Source: an uncultured Flavobacteriaceae bacterium (lineage in GTDB: Bacteria > Bacteroidota > Bacteroidia > B-17B0 > Aurantibacillaceae). Taken from it: DNA of 64,000 bases. Below the pieces are notes generated by a model. It saw only the letters and a program-made list of their open reading frames with translations, made no database searches and was not told where the DNA came from. Shown piece by piece: positions 30,001-39,086 of the stretch. The stretch covers positions 19,856 through 83,855 of the forward strand of contig CAZNVL010000001.1 of the NCBI GenBank assembly GCA_964576565.1, written 5' to 3'. Each line of letters opens with the position of its first letter. Position 1 is the first letter of the stretch. The translations under genes were made by a program, and so were the position numbers.

Positions 30001-32296
30001 TTTCACAATTAGCAGACACTTTAATATGAACGGAGGAGGAACTCTCAATTTAAATAATCAACTCCTTATAGGTAGCGCGAATGGCGGTAATTTCACAATG
30101 AATGGCACCATCAACGCGGGAGCAAATACTATCCAATTAAGGGCAACAGCAGGGAGCAAAAATATCTCTGGTATTGGTACCATCAATGGTACGGGAACAT
30201 TTAGTATCACCGGCATAGGAGCTAATATATTGGCTGGAACCAATATGACTATTCAGCCCAACATTTTAATCAATGGCGCCATCACCGTAACGAATAATGG
30301 AACTATTACCACAAACAATATAAATGGCACTGCAGGAGGTTCCACATGGACGAATGCCAGCAATTCTCAATTAAACATAGCGGGATCTTTATTAGCTACA
30401 GGAACACTTAACGCATCAGCCGTTCCTAACATCGTAAATTATAATGGCAACAATGCTCCTTTTGCACTTATCAAAACCCCTTCCTCCTTGAATACCTATC
30501 ACACTTTAATGATTTCAAATGCTGATAATCGAAGAAATGATGGGGCTAATCTAATTATAACGGGAAATCTAATCATTCAGGATAATGCTACTTTATTTGA
30601 TAATGGCAATAGCATTACCGGAACAGGTGGTTTAATTATGCAAGGCAGTTCACCTACATATTCTATTACAAATAATACGAATCCAGTACCTTCTCTTACC
30701 GGAACTTATAGCATTACAGCGGGCACTATTATTTTTGGGCGTGGGGGTAATCAAAATATTCGTAGTTTAAACGGCCCTGTACCTTCTGCTTACTATCATG
30801 TAGAATTTGGAACAAGTAACACTAAAACTTTACAGGGACCTATTGTAGTACAAAAAAATCTGACCATATCTGGAGGTAATACCCGATTAGATGTAAGTGG
30901 CTCTAATTATAAAATTACGGTTGGCGGAAACTGGGCTGTTACAGCTACTGCTAATGGGAATCATTTTAGAGAAAGAAATGGGGAAGTAGAGTTTAATGGC
31001 ACAAGTTTGCAAACAATTAATTGGGGAACTAATGATAATACCCGGCAATTTTGGAAGATAACTATTAATAACAGCGCACCTTCTGCAGCCGTACAAATTC
31101 TTGGCACTGCTGCTACATCAGTAGCTTCTAATATGAACTTCATAGATGGGCATGTCATTACAAATGCTTACAATGCTAATCCCAATCTTGTAATTAAGGA
31201 TAATGCGACGGTCGCTGGCGCCAGCGACTCTTCTCACGTGAAGGGAGCCGTAGTAAAAGAAGGGAACGAGGCCTTTACATTCCCAATTGGGAAAGGCATT
31301 CCAACTGCCGGTGTAGCCATGTATGCTCCGCTGGCTATTTCTGCGCCGGCGGCTACTACGGATAGATTTGTAGCAGAATACTTTTTCCAAAATCCACATC
31401 TGGCGGGCTATGATACCTCTTTACACGATCTTACCTTAAACCATATATCGGGCTGTGAGTGGTGGAGGTTAGATAGATTAAATGGTTCTTCTTCTGTTTC
31501 AGTGACCTTATCGTGGTATTCGCCAAGTGCAAGCACATTTGATCCGAGAAGTTGTGGAGTTACTTCTCCACCCGATCTGGCTGTTGCCCGTTGGGATGGT
31601 GCTATGTGGAAAGACCATGGTAATGGCGGTACAACAGGTACAACGGCGAGTGGAACCATAACATCTGCTGGACTTGTTTCATCGTTTAGTCCTTTTACTT
31701 TGGCTTCTAAAACCGGCGGTGGAAGCAATCCGTTACCTATAGAATTAGTAGAATTTACGGGCTATCCAAGAGAGAATTATGTGGAATTGTATTGGAAAAC
31801 ATCCACACAGATTAATAACGATTATTTTGTGTTAGAAAAATCAAAGGATGGTACCAACTGGCAGCAATTAGTAGTGGTTAAAGGTGCTGGTACTTCTTAC
31901 GTTCCGATGGAATACATTGAAACAGATATGCAACCTTATGAAGGATTCAACTACTATCGTTTGAAGCAAGTAGATTATGATGGTTCATACACCTATTCAA
32001 AAATCATTGCGGTTGAATTTAAGCGAATAACAAAAACCATTGAGCCAGTTTTATATCCGAATCCAGTAGAAAGAGGACAAAATTTGAATATCCAATTTGG
32101 AACATTAGTAACAGAAGCATTAGTGGTATTGAGAGATATGCAAGGAAGGGAAGTATTTTCAAAAGTAATTGTATTTGAAGAAAATAATACTTTATATGCT
32201 ATTCCAATTGATGAAAAAATTGAACCCGGTGTATATTTGGTAGTGGCATCCAGTAATCGAAATGTATTATTTAGCAGAAAAGTAATTGTAAAATAA
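27053..32296 (+). CDS. giant secreted surface protein, T9SS cargo with type-A C-terminal sorting domain
   Basis: 1747 aa. Signal peptide ...AFLSAQ-TTYY. Extremely Asn/Thr/Gly-rich, with beta-helix-like repeats. The C-terminus reads LPIELVEFTGY...YYRLKQVDYDGSYTYS followed by LYPNPVERGQNLNIQF...GVYLVVASS....KVIVK. Confidence 0.85.
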   Translation: MKTKNINKVGTRKSNANHCLPSSIQSIVLWMALCSTAFLSAQTTYYTRGAGGNWSNPATWSTAGCNGAAASSVPGPLDNVILCNSNGGGAVTVTVDGNYTCNNLTIGNGNNNCFLNIAGTYTLNINGDLKINNTCNNQTYRLDAGNGVVNVNGTFSQWCTTNGNNQIWIGQGKIVFNPAVNQTTNKQFIRFYGAGTIVFNNGFSSNQPNAQFQTVTNAQIWFKGNYTQTTSNMDFTMGQSRFPIVYFDCVGCNINNTSRVDFGDVIIYDNAVVGTAGGGNLNITGNLTLNTNATFNLSKNVPGNVSFVRSINDITLNSGSVFNIAGGVTYIQSAGNWINNGGTLNASPPTTVRFEGIGNSIGGTSTTTFPHIQFGNTLNNVYYQINQNISCQNLIIDADNSSRNVTINTYSVQVNGNVIINQPTNNNINTLSVNGGTLNVAGNLNFSGGSNSNTRVGKLLVNSGLATINGNITWMGNNTVLSEVIEVNTGTLNLQQDVSAPYNSGVFNIIGPGVLNFNGNTSVSLNLNGTGGANAAQLNTVYGSTVTFAKGISNSNAPLTFSNGSYQIFTGSGNITINSPITFGNFVINSGVNVTPTNDFSVQNNWINLGGSFIHNNRRVTFNGTSTQYISKTGGETFYNVTSNATGPITLNDNVTILNNLTMNAGNWNVNSKLLILGNGGPSTLNRTAGIIYGGEFRRYWPAGATISSTGSFYYGLFPIGTSTEYRPVQINSTAAPTTAGYIGAYHTDAYTATDGSWAANDGLGSTVQRMHDQRTTLTNIGVGGGTYNLDVSFTSLSSIGTLADMRLMPYLAAGIGTHAAATGAVSAPTVKRTGLTIAQLPNTWAVGTINKDPISGTPLRQPYYSRKTGNWSDVTPGNATWSTDPISLVSCDCKPTPGSLVFIKSGHIVTLDINVTTAPYGPIDYLVIENGGSLVGTQNITINYDMEVQGTGNFAPTGGTWTISRDLNITGASVSSTPPGSNFTISRHFNMNGGGTLNLNNQLLIGSANGGNFTMNGTINAGANTIQLRATAGSKNISGIGTINGTGTFSITGIGANILAGTNMTIQPNILINGAITVTNNGTITTNNINGTAGGSTWTNASNSQLNIAGSLLATGTLNASAVPNIVNYNGNNAPFALIKTPSSLNTYHTLMISNADNRRNDGANLIITGNLIIQDNATLFDNGNSITGTGGLIMQGSSPTYSITNNTNPVPSLTGTYSITAGTIIFGRGGNQNIRSLNGPVPSAYYHVEFGTSNTKTLQGPIVVQKNLTISGGNTRLDVSGSNYKITVGGNWAVTATANGNHFRERNGEVEFNGTSLQTINWGTNDNTRQFWKITINNSAPSAAVQILGTAATSVASNMNFIDGHVITNAYNANPNLVIKDNATVAGASDSSHVKGAVVKEGNEAFTFPIGKGIPTAGVAMYAPLAISAPAATTDRFVAEYFFQNPHLAGYDTSLHDLTLNHISGCEWWRLDRLNGSSSVSVTLSWYSPSASTFDPRSCGVTSPPDLAVARWDGAMWKDHGNGGTTGTTASGTITSAGLVSSFSPFTLASKTGGGSNPLPIELVEFTGYPRENYVELYWKTSTQINNDYFVLEKSKDGTNWQQLVVVKGAGTSYVPMEYIETDMQPYEGFNYYRLKQVDYDGSYTYSKIIAVEFKRITKTIEPVLYPNPVERGQNLNIQFGTLVTEALVVLRDMQGREVFSKVIVFEENNTLYAIPIDEKIEPGVYLVVASSNRNVLFSRKVIVK

Positions 32297-32387
32297 GATG
32301 AATGTATGCTCTCTCTTATTCAAGAATAATCGGTAGGTAAACAAGTATTATTTCCCGTATATTTACCGGCAAGAGTAAACTAAGTCC

Positions 32388-32855
32388 ATGCTCAACATTC
32401 GTTTAATTTCAATCATTCTTTCATTGACATTATTTTCTTGTTACAATATTAAAGAAGTGACAATCATCGGAATAGAAAATTTCAAAGTCAAAAAAATTCA
32501 CAAAGAAGGGATGCAAACTGAAATAGCCGTAAAAATTAAAAATCCTAATGATTTTGGGTTTTATGTTTATTCCGGAAAAGCAGATATTTCTTTTAGTAAT
32601 CTGCCATTAGGTAAAGCACAATTGGCTAATAAAATATACATCGATAAAAACTCAATCGCCACTTATCATTTACTCTTAAACACTTCTTTTGATAAAATCA
32701 GCATGCAGGATATAATTAATGCATTTGCATTATCCGGAATGGGTAAAGTCAAAATTAATGGTAGAATTAAAGTTGGAAAATTTTTGTTTAGAAAAAAAAT
32801 TACCACCAATTATGAAGGGAACCCTTTACAAATGAATTTCAATAATCAGCCGTAA
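32388..32855 (+). CDS. small lipoprotein, LEA_2/NDR1-HIN1-like fold (tentative)
   Basis: Signal plus Cys (LSLTLFSCYN). The pattern VKIKNPNDFGFYVYSGKADISFSNLPLG resembles LEA type-2 domains. Confidence 0.55.
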   Translation: MLNIRLISIILSLTLFSCYNIKEVTIIGIENFKVKKIHKEGMQTEIAVKIKNPNDFGFYVYSGKADISFSNLPLGKAQLANKIYIDKNSIATYHLLLNTSFDKISMQDIINAFALSGMGKVKINGRIKVGKFLFRKKITTNYEGNPLQMNFNNQP

Positions 32856-32939
32856 GCAATAAAACTTGCAGTAAAGGATAATATTATCTAATTTAAACCC
32901 GCCTTATTATAGAACGTTCTTTTTTATTATTAAACTAAG

Positions 32940-33491
32940 ATGACTTCAACGATTTATCATAAACATGATTTTTTTTCTTCAAAAGACACGTCGGCCTTAG
33001 AACATCTAATAGAAAATGTATATTCTTATTGTAATGGTATAGCGGCCCGCTATTCAAAAACGGACGAGCAAGCCAATGAATTAAATAATGTCTGTTTTTT
33101 AAACACACTGAAATCCTTATTAGAAAAAGAAAAAGAAGAGTTTGATACTTCTGATTTTTTAAAGTACTACACCATTTGTATCGTAAAGTTGATTTTAACG
33201 CAAAGGCAAGGAGAACGAATTGCAGATACAACTATAGTTTCTTCCTATAAAAAAAAGGAGGCCAACCTATTTGCTGCTTCTGAATATTACAAAACACTTA
33301 GTCCAAAAGATTTTATATTTCATTTACGCAAACTCAATACCCTACAACAAATCCTATACAACTTAATTTACATTGACCAATTTACAATTCCAGAAGTTGC
33401 TGAAATTATAGAACACAACGAATTAAGCATTAAGGCCCTTACAGAAAAAGCAAAATATAATTTATTTTCATCCATTAAATCCCTCCTATAA
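32940..33491 (+). CDS. divergent sigma-70 family (ECF-like) factor
   Basis: Region-4-like HTH (LYNLIYIDQFTIPEVAEIIEHNELSIKALTEKAKYNL) and a weak region-2-like N-terminus. Its stop overlaps the next start (TAATG). Confidence 0.55.
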   Translation: MTSTIYHKHDFFSSKDTSALEHLIENVYSYCNGIAARYSKTDEQANELNNVCFLNTLKSLLEKEKEEFDTSDFLKYYTICIVKLILTQRQGERIADTTIVSSYKKKEANLFAASEYYKTLSPKDFIFHLRKLNTLQQILYNLIYIDQFTIPEVAEIIEHNELSIKALTEKAKYNLFSSIKSLL

Positions 33492-34132
33492 TGGCTGATC
33501 TGAATGAAGATAAACAATTAGAAGAATATATTCGTCAAACCCTTAAAAATTACTCTATTCCGATTTCAGAAGAAAGAAAAAAAGAACTTCTCCATGCTTA
33601 CTCACATCTCAAATTACAACATCATTCCATTCAAGTATCGTGGCTTGAAATGGCTAAAAATAAAACCTTACAAATTATTGTCGCTTCTGTTTTATTTATA
33701 ACACTCTTCATTTATATTCTGGTAAAACTTTTTCCTTCTCAAAATAAAAACCCGAATGATTACAAAAATCATACTACTACTATAGACACATCTTACAATA
33801 AATCCGACACCATTGAAAAAAAATCCACCGATGCCATCTCACCACATGCCCCTCTCAACTCTGCCGCTACTGCTTCCCAAGTTGATACTCTCAAAAATGA
33901 AACAAAACAAACCCTCACAACAAACACATTATCTGACACTATCGACAGCAAAAAATTTCTTAAAAAAAACACCGACACTTTAAAATCTAATATAACCGTT
34001 CAAAATAAAAAAAAGAAGAAAAAAAGAAAAAAATCAGAGCACGCATCTGATTTAAATAGCGAAGAAAAAGATTCTCCTGTTATAGAACCTAAAAGTCCTG
34101 AACTATCTCCTGCTATTAAAGAAGAGGAATAA
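33491..34132 (+). CDS. putative anti-sigma-like single-pass membrane protein
   Basis: Short cytoplasmic N-terminus, one TM helix (LQIIVASVLFITLFIYILVKLF), and a low-complexity Thr/Lys-rich ectodomain that includes KKKKKKRKK. Translationally coupled to the sigma gene. Confidence 0.45.
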   Translation: MADLNEDKQLEEYIRQTLKNYSIPISEERKKELLHAYSHLKLQHHSIQVSWLEMAKNKTLQIIVASVLFITLFIYILVKLFPSQNKNPNDYKNHTTTIDTSYNKSDTIEKKSTDAISPHAPLNSAATASQVDTLKNETKQTLTTNTLSDTIDSKKFLKKNTDTLKSNITVQNKKKKKKRKKSEHASDLNSEEKDSPVIEPKSPELSPAIKEEE

Positions 34133-34186
34133 TTGGTTATACAATTGGATCTCTTGCATTAAATTTTGTATTATTGTTTCAAAAAA

Positions 34187-35554
34187 ATGGATAAGCCAAT
34201 TATCATTGTAGGAGCAGGTTTGGTAGGCTCCTTATTGTCAATTTTATTAGGTAAAAAAGGATACACCGTAAAACTATATGAACGACGACCGGACATGAGA
34301 AAAACACGGCAATATGCAGGAAAATCAATCAATTTAGCCCTAAGCGACAGAGGAATAAGAGGGCTCCGTTTAGCGGGTGTTTTAGAAGACGTACTAAAAA
34401 TTTCTATACCCGTTTATGGTCGGACTATTCATTTGCCGGACTCTACTCATTATTTTCAACCATACAGCGCAGATGGTAAATGCAATTATTCTGTTTCCAG
34501 AGCAGAAATCAATTTTTTGCTTATGGATCTTGCCGAACAACTTCCTAATGTGTCCCTTCATTTTAACGAAAAATGTGTTGATGTTGATTTTAATACAACT
34601 ACTGCAACATTTGAAAATACTGAAACCCATCATTTACACACCGAAGAAGCTGAAATTATCTTTGGTGCAGACGGTGCATTCTCTGCCGTTCGGTTAAATA
34701 TGATGCTCAAAAACGACCGCTATCAATATCAACAATTTTATATTGAAACGGGCTACAAAGAACTCATCATTCCGCCCGATTCAAAAGGACATTTTCAACT
34801 TGAAAATCATGAATCCCTACACATTTGGCCACGCAAAGAATTTATGCTCATGGCTCTTCCTAATCCGACCGGAGATTTTACATGCACACTCTTTATGCCT
34901 TTTGAAGGACAAAATTCTTTTGAACAACTTAAAACCGAAACAGATGTCAAAAGTTTTTTTGAAACACACTTCCCAGATGCAGTACCTTTAATGCCCACTT
35001 ATCTAAAAGATTTCTTCAAAAATCCTACCTCCTCGCTGGTAACAGTTCGTTGCTACCCTTGGGTCATCCATAAAACCGCTTTGATAGGTGATGCCGCCCA
35101 TGCCATTACACCTTTCTACGGTCAAGGTATGAATGCGGGCTTTGAAGACAGTGTTATTTTAATGGAACTTATTGATAAACATTCTGGAAATTGGGAATAC
35201 ATTCTAAAGGACTATCAAATGTTACGAAAAAAAGACGGCGATGCCATTGCCCAACTCGCCTTGGACAACCATATTGAAATGCGTGATAAAACCGCTAATC
35301 CTGAATTTATTCTTCAGAAAAAAATTGAACAATGGTTTTACAAACTTCATCCCGATAAATGGATTCCACTTTATGATATGGTCACCTACCGACCGGATAT
35401 TCGTTATAGCGAGGCATTGCAAAAGGGTTATTATCAAGATGCTATCATGCAAAAAGTTTTGCAATTACCCAACATAGAACAAAATTGGAATTCTTCAGAA
35501 ACCGAACAATTTATTTTACAACAATTACAACAGCATCCATTTAAATATCAATAA
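34187..35554 (+). CDS. kmo: kynurenine 3-monooxygenase (FAD-dependent)
   Basis: The ATG at 34187 gives MDKPIIIVGAGLVGSLLSILLGKKGYTVKLYERRPDMR, a GxGxxG Rossmann motif. GDAAHAITPFYGQGMNAGFED is also present. Confidence 0.88.
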   Translation: MDKPIIIVGAGLVGSLLSILLGKKGYTVKLYERRPDMRKTRQYAGKSINLALSDRGIRGLRLAGVLEDVLKISIPVYGRTIHLPDSTHYFQPYSADGKCNYSVSRAEINFLLMDLAEQLPNVSLHFNEKCVDVDFNTTTATFENTETHHLHTEEAEIIFGADGAFSAVRLNMMLKNDRYQYQQFYIETGYKELIIPPDSKGHFQLENHESLHIWPRKEFMLMALPNPTGDFTCTLFMPFEGQNSFEQLKTETDVKSFFETHFPDAVPLMPTYLKDFFKNPTSSLVTVRCYPWVIHKTALIGDAAHAITPFYGQGMNAGFEDSVILMELIDKHSGNWEYILKDYQMLRKKDGDAIAQLALDNHIEMRDKTANPEFILQKKIEQWFYKLHPDKWIPLYDMVTYRPDIRYSEALQKGYYQDAIMQKVLQLPNIEQNWNSSETEQFILQQLQQHPFKYQ

Positions 35555-35559
35555 GCTTT

Positions 35560-36267
35560 ATGCAACACCGCCTTTTTCCAGCAGAAGCGAGAGGTTATGC
35601 CGATTATGGCTGGCTAAAAACTTACTATTCTTTTTCTTTTGCAAATTGGTATAATCCGCATTTAATTCATTTTGGAATGTTACGTGTATTGAACGATGAT
35701 ACTATCACTCCTCATTCCGGATTTGATTTTCATCCGCACAAAGACATGGAAATAATTACCATTCTCTTGGAAGGCGAACTCACACACGAAGATTCTATGG
35801 GACATAAAGGAACAATAAAACAAAATGAAATTCAAGTCATGACGGCGGGCAAAGGCATTTATCACTCCGAAAAAAATGAAAGCGATGCCGTTGTAAAATT
35901 ATTCCAAATATGGATTTTTCCTGATAAAAAAAATTTAATCCCACAATACAATCAAATGTCTTACGAACTTAGACCGAATCAACTCACTTATTTAGTAACT
36001 TCCATAACTAAAAAAATCGGATTACACATTCATCAAAACGCTTACATTTCCAGAATACAATTAGAAGAAGAAAAAACTTTTCATTACACCTTACATGATT
36101 CCAACAATGGCTTATATTTAATGTGTATAGATGGGATTATTGAAATACAAAATCATCCACTTAAAAAGAGAGATGCTATTGGCATCTGGGATACTCAGGA
36201 AAATATCTCTTTTTATTCAAAAAATTCAGTATCAGATTTACTTCTCATAGAAGTGCCTATGCATTAA
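35560..36267 (+). CDS. pirin family protein
   Basis: Cupin metal-binding motif [28 protein letters not shown]. About 235 aa. Confidence 0.88.
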   Translation: MQHRLFPAEARGYADYGWLKTYYSFSFANWYNPHLIHFGMLRVLNDDTITPHSGFDFHPHKDMEIITILLEGELTHEDSMGHKGTIKQNEIQVMTAGKGIYHSEKNESDAVVKLFQIWIFPDKKNLIPQYNQMSYELRPNQLTYLVTSITKKIGLHIHQNAYISRIQLEEEKTFHYTLHDSNNGLYLMCIDGIIEIQNHPLKKRDAIGIWDTQENISFYSKNSVSDLLLIEVPMH

Positions 36268-36278
36268 AAAAATTTATT

Positions 36279-37223
36279 ATGAACTTTAATAGCAAAATAT
36301 TTGTAGCCGGACACAGAGGAATGGTGGGTTCTGCCATTGTCAGAAAATTACAAAAAGAAGGTTATACGCATATCATCACAAGAACTTCCAAAGAATTGGA
36401 TTTAAGAAATCAACAAGCCGTTGAAGAATTTTTCCAAAATGAAAAACCGGAATATGTGTTTCTGGCAGCCGCCAAAGTAGGTGGTATTCTGGCGAACAAT
36501 ACTTATCGGGCTGAATTTTTATACGACAATTTGATGATACAAAACAATGTGATTCATTTTTCTTACAAATATGGTGTAAAAAAATTACTCTTTTTAGGTT
36601 CTTCCTGTATTTATCCGAAGTTGGCGCCTCAACCGATGAAAGAAGAATATCTGCTTTCTGGTTATTTAGAACCTACCAACGAACCTTATGCTATTGCAAA
36701 AATTACAGGCATTAAAATGTGTGAGGCCTACAGAGATCAATACGCTTGTAATTTTATTTCTGCAATGCCCACTAACTTATATGGACCAAATGATAATTAC
36801 GACTTGAATAACTCTCACGTATTACCGGCGTTAATTCGAAAATTTCACGAAGCAAAAATAAATCATCAACCAAAAGTTATAGTGTGGGGAACGGGCACTC
36901 CCAGACGTGAATTGATGCATGTAGATGATCTGGCCGATGCTTGTTTGTTTTTAATGAAAAATTACAACGAAAAACAATTTGTCAATGTCGGCACTGGCAA
37001 AGACATTAGCATTAGAGAATTAGCAGAATTAGTCAAGAAAATTGTCGGATACGAAGGTGAAATTGTGTTTGATACCAGCAAACCCGATGGCACACCGAGA
37101 AAATTACTAGATCTCACTCGATTGAATCAAATAGGTTGGCAATCAAAGATAGAATTGGAAGAAGGCATTCGGATGACCTATCAGGATTTTTTAGAAAACC
37201 AATATTCAAAAATTTATTCTTAA
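36279..37223 (+). CDS. fcl: GDP-L-fucose synthase
   Basis: SDR N-terminus [16 protein letters not shown], plus YAIAKI (YxxxK). Full-length colinearity with Fcl/WcaG. Confidence 0.9.
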   Translation: MNFNSKIFVAGHRGMVGSAIVRKLQKEGYTHIITRTSKELDLRNQQAVEEFFQNEKPEYVFLAAAKVGGILANNTYRAEFLYDNLMIQNNVIHFSYKYGVKKLLFLGSSCIYPKLAPQPMKEEYLLSGYLEPTNEPYAIAKITGIKMCEAYRDQYACNFISAMPTNLYGPNDNYDLNNSHVLPALIRKFHEAKINHQPKVIVWGTGTPRRELMHVDDLADACLFLMKNYNEKQFVNVGTGKDISIRELAELVKKIVGYEGEIVFDTSKPDGTPRKLLDLTRLNQIGWQSKIELEEGIRMTYQDFLENQYSKIYS

Positions 37224-38137
37224 AAATCTGTTCTTTTTGACGTCTTAAAAAAATAAATAATAGGTAACGCCACTAAAATTCCCGCAATTACTAATATCAA
37301 GGCAAACACAGGAGCCAATGGATAATATGGATCCAACAAGAAAAATACTATACCCATCCCAAAAAATAAAATAGCCGCAACACTAAATATTATTAAACAC
37401 AAATACATAATAATTCCCATCTCAAAGTATCCTTTGTACACCGAAGGATTAGATTGGATAATTCTTCGAGCTTTTCGCGCATAAAATAACGCCATATACC
37501 AGGTGATAATTCCTGCACCAAGCAACCAACCCACTAAAAAAAGTAGAATGGTTAGCCAATAATCATTGGGATACTTCTTAGCCGTGTTATTATTAGAATT
37601 GCTTGTAGTGTTGCTTTCAGTTGCTTTCTTTTCAATTTTATCACCTTCATAAAGAATGTGTTCAATGATGCCATTCGAAAATTGTATCAAATATACTTTT
37701 GATTTATGAATAGTGTACAACGGACCCTCCAAAAAATCACAACGTTTATACTTTATCTCACTATCATTTATTTCAATGATTTTAACGATGTATTCATCTC
37801 CGGATTTTAAAACAATTTTATCTCCGCAAGAGTCGGGCTTTAGTATGTTAGAGTGTTTAATAATTTTTTCTTTATGGATAGTAGTAGAATTCCTCTCATT
37901 CTTATTTTCTGCAATCAACACAACATCCTTTCTTCCATCGTTTTTCTCTTTTAGTGTGATAGGCGAAAGAACCAATGACTCTGTCTGCTTGATAATTCCT
38001 ACAGACGCTTTCGTTTTTTTATTCCATTGGTCAAAATAAAATCCTTTCCGATACAGGCGCTTTTGAACATCACAAGAAAACAAAGAAAGCAGAATAACTA
38101 AAACCGAACACGATAGTAAAATGTCTCTTGATTTCAT
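37220..38137 (-). CDS. membrane protein of unknown function (paralog 2 of tandem pair)
   Basis: N-terminal signal plus Cys then [12 protein letters not shown]. Central Cys-flanked module [53 protein letters not shown]. Three to four C-terminal TM helices. Confidence 0.6.
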   Translation of the reverse strand: MKSRDILLSCSVLVILLSLFSCDVQKRLYRKGFYFDQWNKKTKASVGIIKQTESLVLSPITLKEKNDGRKDVVLIAENKNERNSTTIHKEKIIKHSNILKPDSCGDKIVLKSGDEYIVKIIEINDSEIKYKRCDFLEGPLYTIHKSKVYLIQFSNGIIEHILYEGDKIEKKATESNTTSNSNNNTAKKYPNDYWLTILLFLVGWLLGAGIITWYMALFYARKARRIIQSNPSVYKGYFEMGIIMYLCLIIFSVAAILFFGMGIVFFLLDPYYPLAPVFALILVIAGILVALPIIYFFKTSKRTDF

Positions 38138-39006
38138 AACTGGGTGTCTTTATTAGGTGTACGCTTACTATTGACGGCGGCTATAAATAAAGCAATCCCC
38201 ACTAAAATTAAGAAAAATAAAAACAAATAATTGAAGGGTAAGCCCGCCAAAAGATTCCCGTCAATGATAAATAAAAACAATATAGCCAAGGCAACTACCA
38301 CTATAACCACTAAAGACCCGACAAATAAACAACCACTCAACTCCCAACCTTTATACTTTTCTGGCTGTGCTTTTATTTTCTTCTTAGCATTAAGTGATAA
38401 AATTGGAATGAAAGGATACAATACTAATCCATATCCCAAAACTCCTGAAATAGCAATTATTAACGCCATTGTCAAACTTAAAGGAAATTCTTTTTCTGTC
38501 TCACCTTTTATTGTTTTTTCCTGTAATTTTTTATTCTCAAAATACTCTTTGTGTCCATTTCTAAATTCAATAGCATATACTTTATTGACATCCACTGAAT
38601 ACATTGGCCCATCTAACATATCACAACGTTTATACTTTATATTATCTTCTGAAACTTCAATGACCTGAACTACTAAAATTTCTCCCGTTCGCAAAATCAA
38701 CTTATCATTGCAAGTATCTTGTATGAACCTATAAGTTTTTTTTCGTATGAGCGAATATTTTTCCTTATTGTCATTAAAACTCATCCATTCAACTTGTTCT
38801 TCCAATACCTTCTGTTTTTTCACCGCTAACGGTTGAACAGGATTAAAACTAATTTCATTATATTTTAAACTATTACTCTGTTGAACCTCTCTTTTCTTAC
38901 TCACTCCATCAAAATAAAACCCTTTACGATACAATCGCTTTTGTATCGTACAATCTGTCATTAAAAACAACACTAATACAAAAAATACAAAATAGCGAAA
39001 ACTCAA
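38134..39006 (-). CDS. membrane protein of unknown function (paralog 1 of tandem pair; TTG start, uncertain)
   Basis: Same architecture as paralog 2: ...[19 protein letters not shown], then CNDKLILRTGEILVVQVIEVSEDNIKYKRCDMLDGPMYSVDVNKVYAIEFRNG, then C-terminal TM helices. It overlaps the next gene by ATGA. Confidence 0.55.
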   Translation of the reverse strand: MSFRYFVFFVLVLFLMTDCTIQKRLYRKGFYFDGVSKKREVQQSNSLKYNEISFNPVQPLAVKKQKVLEEQVEWMSFNDNKEKYSLIRKKTYRFIQDTCNDKLILRTGEILVVQVIEVSEDNIKYKRCDMLDGPMYSVDVNKVYAIEFRNGHKEYFENKKLQEKTIKGETEKEFPLSLTMALIIAISGVLGYGLVLYPFIPILSLNAKKKIKAQPEKYKGWELSGCLFVGSLVVIVVVALAILFLFIIDGNLLAGLPFNYLFLFFLILVGIALFIAAVNSKRTPNKDTQL

Positions 39007-39086
39007 ATTTACTCAATTTGAATACAAAAATACATCTTTTTTTTCAAATGTTTTAATCTGTAACTTTATCCCCTATAAAAGCATTT

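Noticed and set aside
23820-31728. Many antisense or alternate-frame ORFs inside the two giant cargo genes
   Set aside because: Long stop-free antisense stretches are expected in the biased, repeat-rich composition of these genes. None has start or promoter context.
32330-32375. Possible terminator hairpin after the 1747-aa gene (GGTAAA...TTTACC)
   Set aside because: It has only a 6-bp stem with a loop of about 20 nt and no T-tract, which is not convincing.
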